Origin: an uncultured virus (IMG/VR IMGVR_UViG_3300037427_003924)
Taxonomy: Duplodnaviria > Heunggongvirae > Uroviricota > Caudoviricetes
Reading direction: 5' to 3' (one strand)
DNA: 64,000 nucleotides
Virus record (IMG/VR): IMGVR_UViG_3300037427_003924
The notes below the pieces were generated by a model. It was not told where the DNA came from, made no database searches, and saw only the letters and a list, made by a program, of their open reading frames with translations. A program made the translations under genes and the position numbers. This document shows positions 56,558 to 64,000 of this stretch, piece by piece (the first letter of the stretch is position 1; each line of letters begins with the position of its first letter).

Positions 56558-57177
56558 TAATAAAAGTTAGGGGTTGTTCGGTTATAAGGGTACCCGTCGT
56601 AATCGTTTGAATAGAATCCAGCAACGGTATCATCTCCAGCTACCTGAACCGGTGAGGCCTTTCTTAGCTTGTAAGCGTTTATAAGATCAGTTAGTTCCAT
56701 ATATTCCTCCTTCTTTAAGGAGATGTAAGTCTTACTAAGTTCATTTTTGTTGATTTTCCTGACTCGTGATCCATCCGAAGCTACTTCTACAACGGGGTCG
56801 CTAGATGCGGCGCCGACAGTAGTTCTAATTTGCTGATCATAATAATGAACTATATACATTTTTTTCAAAATAGAAGCTTCTTCTGGCTGAATAGCGGTAA
56901 TATAAGGTTCGGCCACTCTCCCGCTGTCACTATCCGCAGATAAACCTAAAGCTCCGGTCCCCTCATTGAAGGCTTGAGGCTCATAGTAAGGGCTAGCAAA
57001 AGATCCAGAAAACTCATAGGCATCCGGGCCATACTCAACAATTTTGAAAGTAGTATTTATCCTGTTATTAAGCTCTCCCACATTACTTCTTATCCAAAAG
57101 GCAATAGCTGGAATAGAAATCGTCGACGGCTCTCCGAGTTCTCTGTAAATTTCATCTGCTATATCGACAATTTTCAT
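56557..57177 (-). CDS. Putative head-tail adaptor
   Basis: Helical N-terminus, beta hairpin (EVASDGSRVRK), C-terminal helix; synteny. Confidence 0.45.
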   Translation of the reverse strand: MKIVDIADEIYRELGEPSTISIPAIAFWIRSNVGELNNRINTTFKIVEYGPDAYEFSGSFASPYYEPQAFNEGTGALGLSADSDSGRVAEPYITAIQPEEASILKKMYIVHYYDQQIRTTVGAASSDPVVEVASDGSRVRKINKNELSKTYISLKKEEYMELTDLINAYKLRKASPVQVAGDDTVAGFYSNDYDGYPYNRTTPNFY

Positions 57178-57187
57178 CTTTTCTAAA

Positions 57188-57199
57188 ATTACACTATTT
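57188..57199 (-). promoter_or_regulatory. AAATAGTGTAAT late-promoter element
   Basis: Identical 12-mer to the copies near 51110 and 53175; upstream of ATG 57177. Confidence 0.6.
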
Positions 57200-57234
57200 T
57201 AGAGGCTAACAACCATTCTTTACTAGTTTTCTTT

Positions 57235-60200
57235 TTAGGCTTTGCCTTCATTCCTAGCTGATTTGCGTTTCTGAAAACGTTCCCATGCGGCTGTGTCTTC
57301 TACCACTAAAGGATCTACATCAGCTCTTTCTCCATAAATTACATAATAACAATCGATTGTTTCGCCATCAGCAGCGCCGATTTTGATTTCACTTAAGGAG
57401 GTACTCACCACATATAAATGCTGGAAGGAGCCATTTGGTGTTAATTGAACCGTGATTGTACCCTCTCTTACTAAGCCGCTCCAGTAGTCGGGCATTGTAA
57501 TAGTATCTGACTGAACTCGTCCTCTATGATAAACTCCAGCTTCAGGCCCTTCCAAGGAAGAGTGGACAAGCATCATGTTTTCCTTGGTGGGATGCTCTAT
57601 TTCAAAATTCTTATAACCAGTGACATTAAGATTTACCGCATAAATATATCTACCGGTACCTGCGGATGTGATATCTCCATCGACGTAAAGGTTGTGATTT
57701 CCACTTCCCTGTTGGTTAAAATAGGTTGTATAAGCGTTATCACTGGACGATCCATTAAATCTAAATTGTCGATCATTGGTTCCAACAGGTTGATAGTCCA
57801 TGTAGTAGGCTGTGCCGCTGTTACCATAGAGCCGAATCTTCCCGGCGTTTCCGTTTGTAGTGCCAATTTGTAGAGTCTGATCATTAGAAAGTGTAAGTCC
57901 GCCATTTATGGAGGTGTCCTCAAAATAGCAATTCTTCCAATAATTACCTGAGCCGCCAAGATTGTAGGTTCCATTAGCAACTGGAAGAAAATGCGTATAA
58001 GAGTGTATGTATGTACCACTGCCATCAATTGCGAGCCTAGTGGTTTCATTCGTCATCAATCTTAAATGCCTACCACTAGAATTGTGTCCAAAATATGCCG
58101 CAGTTCCATCCATTGCCAGAAAAGTGGTATACCCATTTCCTAGAACAGCAAATTGACCAGCTCCTGAACCCGTAGGGGATATGTCGGTTGCGTCTTTAAC
58201 CTGAAGTTTATTAGCTGGATCAGTTGTTCCTATGCCGATATTACCAACAGAATTAATAACCATGTGTGCTCCCATTACCGCACTTCCATTAGTTCTAGTC
58301 CTGAAGATCATGCTTGCGCCATATTGCCCGCTAGTCGCATTATCTCTTGATCCCTCAATAGAGGCTAAATAGGTTCCGTTAGTATTATCTTGTGTCGCAC
58401 CAAATGTAATTGCGCCACCAATACCAGCAGCTAAAGCCGAGTCATCTGCAACGTGGAGCTGTCCTTGCCACAACCCTTTATTTCCAGAGCCTGCAAATGC
58501 AGTTTTAGTCCCGCTAAAATATCCAGCTTGATTTTGTACTGCCGCTCCTGCATTTCGAGTACCAGCGCCAACCATCAGATGAGCTAATGGATTATTTGTC
58601 CCGATGCCGACATTGCCGTCAGAAGCAATACGCATTCTCTCATCGGTAGCACCTAACCCGTCTGTCTTGAAACGAATATAGGTTTTTGCTCCTATGGTAG
58701 CACCGTATCCATCTACAACCGCATTAATTTCAAACTGATCAGTACGGTCAGTACCTCCACCAGCCGCTCCCCACCAGTTAATATAACCCGTCTTGGGGTT
58801 ATTTGACATAGTAATAGTTGGCCCTGTGGTATCGTATTGTCTGAGATGCAACAAAGTGCCCGGATTATTTGTCCCTATACCAACATTGCCTCCGCTAAGT
58901 ATGGTCATCTTAACTGTACCCCCACCAAAACTCGAACCTGTCCAAAATTCTATACCCCCTTGACCATGGACTTTTAATCCAGCTGTACTGTACTTGACAG
59001 CTAAACCAGCACGGTTCCCGCCGGTGTCCGCGCAAATTAAATAAGGTTGCCAAGTATCCGCTGTTGTTGAAGCGTTTCTAATGTAAACAGTACCAGTACT
59101 ATCTGAAGAATTCTTAAAGCATGAATGACCAGTGCTTGACGAATAAACCGCTAGTCGCTCACTGCTAGAAGCTAAGGCAGCAGTAGTTCCTATCCCGACA
59201 ACACCGGTAGAGGTAATGCATAAATGGTCATCAGCAGGGTTGTTGCCCCCCCACATTTTCATAATGGCATCGGAAGATGCATAACCGACCCCACCTTTCT
59301 GAACTCCAGCATTATAGAAAGTAACGTGAGCGTTTCTCGTACTGTTCGCGCTATCTAGCATCAATTGAACATCAGCAGAAGTGTTATCACTTTCTAACTT
59401 CAAGTATGCATTACCACTAGCTGGCTTTATATGCAAATTACCGGTTGGCGCATCAGTCCCGATACCGACTGAGCCTCCTCCCGGTTGCAGAATTAAGTTC
59501 TTTGCGCCAACTCCATCTTGATACGAGTGGATATATGCGTTGTTTCCGTCCGTGTCTCTTGAGATAGCTAGCTTGTGTGTTGTACTGCCAACTAGGCCAA
59601 TAACTAACTGAGAATTTCCCGTGTAACTGGCGGTTGGATCGGTGCTTGCAGAAGCTATATTAAGCCCAAGTGAGTCGGGCGCATCAGTGCCTATACCAAC
59701 TATACCCCCTTTAACCACTACATCTGGTGCGGTGCTCCCCGAGTTACCAGCAGTTACCAGATATATTTTTGACGGGTTATTCCCTAAGTTTGCTGCGTAA
59801 GCGTTCGCTTTTAAATAAAGATTCCCGCCGCTTCCATAAATATTTGCATAGGTATAAGCGCTCCCCATTGCTATACCGCTCAGATCAGGGAAGGTCATCT
59901 TGTAGTTTGTGTTTGCACTATCAACTAATGTTTGATTAGCCACTCGAATTTCACCATCCCCCATTATAGCAAATAAATCACTACTGGCTTGGTTGCGAAT
60001 CAATAACGAATAATCAGCGCTATCCCCGCCGCCCTCTATGTAGGCTCCCCATCCCACCGTACTCGTATTTACAAATCGCCCAATAAAATTGTGAGTTTTT
60101 GATGATTTTACATCAAACAAAATTGCTGGATCATTAGTACCTATACCGACATTGCCGTTGCTCAACATTGATACTTTTTGCGCAGTGCCGTAACCGAAAC

Positions 60201-61497
60201 GTAATGCCGCATTACCGTCCGCCCATATATTAAAATAATCTCCCCCAGATAAATCTCCATTAACTCCATCCAGCCAAATGACTGCTCCATTAGAATACTC
60301 TCCAAGAGAAACTGAGCTAGATCCTTCCCATACCATTAACTGCTGTGATGGCGCAGTAGTCCCGATGCCGACATCGCCGCCGGAGAGAATTGTAATGTGA
60401 TTCGTGTTGTTCGTCCCGATGTACATCTTACCAGCTTCACGATTCCTGATGTAGGTGTCACTCTCATATGCAATAATATCTGTTCCGTCCCCCGAACCTG
60501 AACCAGTGGTGGTATTCGTTATATGAACATTTGCATGACCTGACGCATTTGCATGCAAGTGCAACACTCTCCCATAAGAACTAGTTGGCGTAGCAGTCCC
60601 GATGCCAACATTGCCGTCTCTTGTAAGGGACATTATATCAGATTTAGTACCACCAAAATTACGCCTAAAAGTTAAACCATCTACCCCAGATATACCTATA
60701 TAATAACCTTTGTCTTCTGCTGACCTCTCTATGTAAATTCCGTTTTCAGCGGAAGTACTGGTTTGTTTTATTGCTAGGGCTGCGGTTCCCAAGTCATTAG
60801 CAGCGTCACCAAATGAGCCTCCAATATGCAACTTTGCTTTAGGATCAGTTTGGTCTATGCCAACGTTACCCTCTTGGTCAATATGCAACCTTGTGCCATA
60901 ACCCGTAGCTCCCCGTGTCCAAAATTGTAGATCACCATAATTATTAGTATGATCGGTGCATTTTGCGGCAATCAAGGCTGTCGAACTTCCACCAACCGCA
61001 TCAGCGAAGTTTATTCTAATATAATTACCAGCTGTAGTGTTAGAATTAGACAACCAGAGAGAAGAGGCTCCAGAGGTTATATCGGTATAAGAATCTTGAA
61101 CGTCAAAAGACCCTCCACTGGTCGTTGTTGATCTTACATCTAATAGAACCGCTCCCGGCGAAGCAGTACCGATACCGACTTTTCCGACAGAAGTAATTGT
61201 CATGTGATCTGTACCCTGCTTATCAAAATGCAAGGTAGCATTAGTGTACAATCTAGTTATATAAGCGTGTTCAGCATTTTCGGAATCGTACTTAATTTCT
61301 AATGCTGAATTACTCGCCTTACCTCTTCCTAATTTTAAAGCCGCTACATAGTTGTTTCCACTCGGGGAAGTCCCCCCATAAAAATCTAATTGCCTTTGGG
61401 AGGCGACGTATGCGTTAAAGAGAGATCCCGGTAAAGTGGTTCCCACGCCGATGTTACCTCTTAAAATTTTAAATGCTGGTATAGTTCTATCTGCCAT
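57235..61497 (-). CDS. Long tail fibre protein with GNVGIGT repeats
   Basis: About a dozen G-x-VGIGT-x-x-P modules; C-terminal KNFEIEHP...LEGPE-x-GVY-x-RG...PDYW module common in phage fibres. Confidence 0.85.
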   Translation of the reverse strand: MADRTIPAFKILRGNIGVGTTLPGSLFNAYVASQRQLDFYGGTSPSGNNYVAALKLGRGKASNSALEIKYDSENAEHAYITRLYTNATLHFDKQGTDHMTITSVGKVGIGTASPGAVLLDVRSTTTSGGSFDVQDSYTDITSGASSLWLSNSNTTAGNYIRINFADAVGGSSTALIAAKCTDHTNNYGDLQFWTRGATGYGTRLHIDQEGNVGIDQTDPKAKLHIGGSFGDAANDLGTAALAIKQTSTSAENGIYIERSAEDKGYYIGISGVDGLTFRRNFGGTKSDIMSLTRDGNVGIGTATPTSSYGRVLHLHANASGHANVHITNTTTGSGSGDGTDIIAYESDTYIRNREAGKMYIGTNNTNHITILSGGDVGIGTTAPSQQLMVWEGSSSVSLGEYSNGAVIWLDGVNGDLSGGDYFNIWADGNAALRFGYGTAQKVSMLSNGNVGIGTNDPAILFDVKSSKTHNFIGRFVNTSTVGWGAYIEGGGDSADYSLLIRNQASSDLFAIMGDGEIRVANQTLVDSANTNYKMTFPDLSGIAMGSAYTYANIYGSGGNLYLKANAYAANLGNNPSKIYLVTAGNSGSTAPDVVVKGGIVGIGTDAPDSLGLNIASASTDPTASYTGNSQLVIGLVGSTTHKLAISRDTDGNNAYIHSYQDGVGAKNLILQPGGGSVGIGTDAPTGNLHIKPASGNAYLKLESDNTSADVQLMLDSANSTRNAHVTFYNAGVQKGGVGYASSDAIMKMWGGNNPADDHLCITSTGVVGIGTTAALASSSERLAVYSSSTGHSCFKNSSDSTGTVYIRNASTTADTWQPYLICADTGGNRAGLAVKYSTAGLKVHGQGGIEFWTGSSFGGGTVKMTILSGGNVGIGTNNPGTLLHLRQYDTTGPTITMSNNPKTGYINWWGAAGGGTDRTDQFEINAVVDGYGATIGAKTYIRFKTDGLGATDERMRIASDGNVGIGTNNPLAHLMVGAGTRNAGAAVQNQAGYFSGTKTAFAGSGNKGLWQGQLHVADDSALAAGIGGAITFGATQDNTNGTYLASIEGSRDNATSGQYGASMIFRTRTNGSAVMGAHMVINSVGNIGIGTTDPANKLQVKDATDISPTGSGAGQFAVLGNGYTTFLAMDGTAAYFGHNSSGRHLRLMTNETTRLAIDGSGTYIHSYTHFLPVANGTYNLGGSGNYWKNCYFEDTSINGGLTLSNDQTLQIGTTNGNAGKIRLYGNSGTAYYMDYQPVGTNDRQFRFNGSSSDNAYTTYFNQQGSGNHNLYVDGDITSAGTGRYIYAVNLNVTGYKNFEIEHPTKENMMLVHSSLEGPEAGVYHRGRVQSDTITMPDYWSGLVREGTITVQLTPNGSFQHLYVVSTSLSEIKIGAADGETIDCYYVIYGERADVDPLVVEDTAAWERFQKRKSARNEGKA

Positions 61498-61506
61498 TAT
61501 AAATCC

Positions 61507-64000
61507 TTATGATACTGCTGTTGCCATTCCCATTACGTGGTAACTTAGGCTACCGGTGAAACTTCCGTTAGCAGTTGTGCTTAATTTTAATTGTATCGTA
61601 AATGTATCGGTACTTGGGTCTACTATCTTCGACATAATTAAATCTGTATTAGTATTATCAAATTCACTAATTATTAGCCCCGGTTCTTGGTATCCATCGC
61701 CTCCATTTTGTACAAAGTATTCTCCGACAAAAGCTACAGCGCTATGACTACTCCAGTCTCCGGTTATAAATAATTTTACATGACATGCACGGTGATTGGC
61801 TAAATTAATTGTAAGTGCCGTGGTATAACTTGACCCATTCATCGCTACATCTTTGTATCCCATCCAGTTACCGTTGCTGGCACTTCCAACTCTAAGGTCG
61901 CCGTCGACGTGAAGTTTAGCAAGTGGAGCATTAGTGGAAACACCCATTCGATCAGCGCCGCCATCAGTAAATAGAAGGTAATCGTCATTATTACTTTCCA
62001 CCCTGAAATCTACGTCGCCGCTGGCGTCATTAATAACGACGGCGCTCCCATTATCCTGTATAGAAGAATTCCCAATCGTATCACCATCAGTCCACTTAGT
62101 GATATAGTTAGCGCTACCAGAGCCATCTACCGCTCCAGAACCGATTGATGTCTCTATAACATTACCACTAGAATCAACGGAAAGTTTGTAAGCAGCGGTT
62201 CCTGTATGAGTTCCCGAGCCGTAACTACCCAATGTTAACTTTCTACTAGTGGTATTTATTGAGAGGGCAGTAGAAGGACTGCTTCCAACTGCTATAGAAA
62301 AAGTTGCATCTCCTCCGCGAATACGCCCTTGCATGGTGCCCCCACCATAAAACATAATAGCTGGTAGCTTGCTTCCTCCAGTAGAATCTTCATCGTTGAT
62401 CGCTAATGCACAAGCGTTATCGCCATCATCTGAATTGCCACTAATAGTAAGCAGACTCCCCGGGCTATCTGTTCCTATGCCTACATAACCAGTAGTCTTC
62501 TTAATAACAAGACAATTAGCTACGCCGCTCTGTCTAATATTGAAATCTCCAGCGGCAGGATAACCACTGTATAAAATCCAGCCTACGTCCCCAGCTGCTC
62601 CAGCATTTAACTGAAGCCCAACACGACCCGTAGTACTCTGGAAATTAGGCTCCAACACTCCGGCTTTCCAGACATGAAGCAGTTGTCCCGGAGAAGCTGT
62701 CCCTATTCCAACGTTCCCATTTCCCTTTATGTCAAAAAGGTTATTATTGCTTGATCTAAAGGTGGCCACATAATCTGAGGCAGAAGTACTTCCTATATTA
62801 ACATATAAACCATCCCCGTTTGAAGTGTTGCTTTGGGTTATCTCTGCCGCGTATACAGTTGAACTAGCAGGGGTAACTACATCAAGCATAGCAGATGGCG
62901 CAGTTGTCCCGATGCCGACATGACTATTTGAAAAATAAACGGAGTCTACATCAGCCCCACCCTCTATTCTAAATCTTTCTACCGAGGAGTTACTAGCGTT
63001 ATCTGTATACCAAATCTGGTCTTGAGCATCGTCTGATACGTAGGTGATATTTCCACCCGCACCTTGGTTGGTGATATTAAAGAAAAAAGCATTACTTTGA
63101 AGTTTGAGTTGGGTGTCATCAGAATTATTCGCGCTTTTTACTTGTAAAGTTGTCGCTCCGGAACCCCTTACGTCCAATTGATAAGCTGGCGCAGTAGTCC
63201 CGATGCCGACCTTGCCGTCACCCCTAATAATCATTTTTAGTGTTGGGCTAGAAGTCCCAACAGCATTATTTGTATCAAAGCGTAAATCAGTATTGGCTGC
63301 ACTCGTGGGTTGTGCGTAAACTTGAGCTCCCCTTGCCGATACAGTATTACCAGATGTGGTAGAAGTCCAAATTATACCAGAATATTTGCTTGTTTGCTGA
63401 TTACCAAAATACAAAGATGCATAACTAGCGTTTTGTGTAGTTATTTCTAAACCTCTATGCCAGCCGCCATCTCTTACTACATCACCTTCAAAATACCCGC
63501 CACCATCGACATGCAAAAGTTCAGAAGGGGCCGTTATTCCTATACCGACATTGCCGCCTGAAGCTATACGCATTCTTTCGGCCGGAACTCCCGCCTCGGG
63601 CTTTGTCCAAAACTGAAGATCACCACCACTGTCATCACCAGCGTTTGAATCAGATGTAACTACCGTTGAAATAATTTGAGCTATCCTGCTTCCAATCGTT
63701 GAGTTGGGGTTTACGTGGTTTGCATTGGCCGTATTGATAAAAGCAAGCTGACCCACTCTATGGGCATTCGTGTCTGAAGAAGCGCTAAGATTCGTTATGC
63801 CACCATCAAAGTCCCCTGTTCCCGCTGTGCCCCTTACCTCTAAAACTTGTCTATTAGACGCATAACTAGTTAGATTCGTAGCATTAATTACAACTCCGTA
63901 AGCGTGATTGTATACAATCGAGTTCCCAATCGTATCACTATCAGTCCATTTCGAAATGTAATTGGCAGTACCACTGCCATCTACCCCAGAAATCTCACTT
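61507..64000 (-). CDS. Tail fibre protein with GNVGIGT repeats (partial; start lies beyond right edge)
   Basis: Frame stays open from 63756 to the window end (SEISGVDGSGTANYISKWTDSDTIGNS...); GIGT modules. Confidence 0.85.
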   Translation of the reverse strand, partial: SEISGVDGSGTANYISKWTDSDTIGNSIVYNHAYGVVINATNLTSYASNRQVLEVRGTAGTGDFDGGITNLSASSDTNAHRVGQLAFINTANANHVNPNSTIGSRIAQIISTVVTSDSNAGDDSGGDLQFWTKPEAGVPAERMRIASGGNVGIGITAPSELLHVDGGGYFEGDVVRDGGWHRGLEITTQNASYASLYFGNQQTSKYSGIIWTSTTSGNTVSARGAQVYAQPTSAANTDLRFDTNNAVGTSSPTLKMIIRGDGKVGIGTTAPAYQLDVRGSGATTLQVKSANNSDDTQLKLQSNAFFFNITNQGAGGNITYVSDDAQDQIWYTDNASNSSVERFRIEGGADVDSVYFSNSHVGIGTTAPSAMLDVVTPASSTVYAAEITQSNTSNGDGLYVNIGSTSASDYVATFRSSNNNLFDIKGNGNVGIGTASPGQLLHVWKAGVLEPNFQSTTGRVGLQLNAGAAGDVGWILYSGYPAAGDFNIRQSGVANCLVIKKTTGYVGIGTDSPGSLLTISGNSDDGDNACALAINDEDSTGGSKLPAIMFYGGGTMQGRIRGGDATFSIAVGSSPSTALSINTTSRKLTLGSYGSGTHTGTAAYKLSVDSSGNVIETSIGSGAVDGSGSANYITKWTDGDTIGNSSIQDNGSAVVINDASGDVDFRVESNNDDYLLFTDGGADRMGVSTNAPLAKLHVDGDLRVGSASNGNWMGYKDVAMNGSSYTTALTINLANHRACHVKLFITGDWSSHSAVAFVGEYFVQNGGDGYQEPGLIISEFDNTNTDLIMSKIVDPSTDTFTIQLKLSTTANGSFTGSLSYHVMGMATAVS

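Noticed and set aside
57235..64000. Diversity-generating retroelement or invertase shufflon acting on the fibres
   Set aside because: No reverse transcriptase or recombinase in the window, no ~100-nt TR/VR pair with adenine-specific mismatches, and the repeats are direct and short
1..64000. CRISPR array, tRNAs, IS elements, stop-codon recoding, and the many short antisense or shifted ORFs in the track
   Set aside because: No regular repeat-spacer array, cloverleaf or transposase seen; standard code gives dense full-length genes; the short ORFs are shadows of longer recognisable CDSs

Overview
A gene-dense fragment of a large tailed dsDNA phage with a long non-contractile (siphovirus-type) tail, in the standard genetic code. 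From left to right: (1) 1-13.9 kb, a minus-strand glycan locus (GDP-L-fucose synthase, RfbB/FdtA/DegT amino-dideoxyhexose pathway, two sugar nucleotidyltransferases, about eight glycosyltransferase-like genes). Part of it is bracketed by a 43-bp direct repeat. (2) 13.9-26.8 kb, regulation and nucleotide metabolism: a phage sigma factor, dNMP kinase, a structured-looking divergent intergenic region, dCMP deaminase, dUTPase, Hsp20 behind a sigma54-type promoter, an RNR whose beta subunit has class Ic (Mn/Fe, no radical Tyr) signatures, a DUF2589 pair, pyrophosphatase and an orphan Xre/MbcA-type antitoxin domain. (3) 26.8-64 kb, morphogenesis: an IPT/TIG-repeat protein, three extra tail-tube-like paralogues, a lambda-like M-L-K-I-J tail-tip block inverted relative to the 2311-aa tape measure, the major tail tube, neck genes and two GIGT-repeat tail fibres. 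A recurring GTGTAA element precedes many structural genes and is a probable phage late promoter. Several proteins hint at a PVC-superphylum (Verrucomicrobia-like) host. All assignments come from motif recognition by eye; no searches were run.
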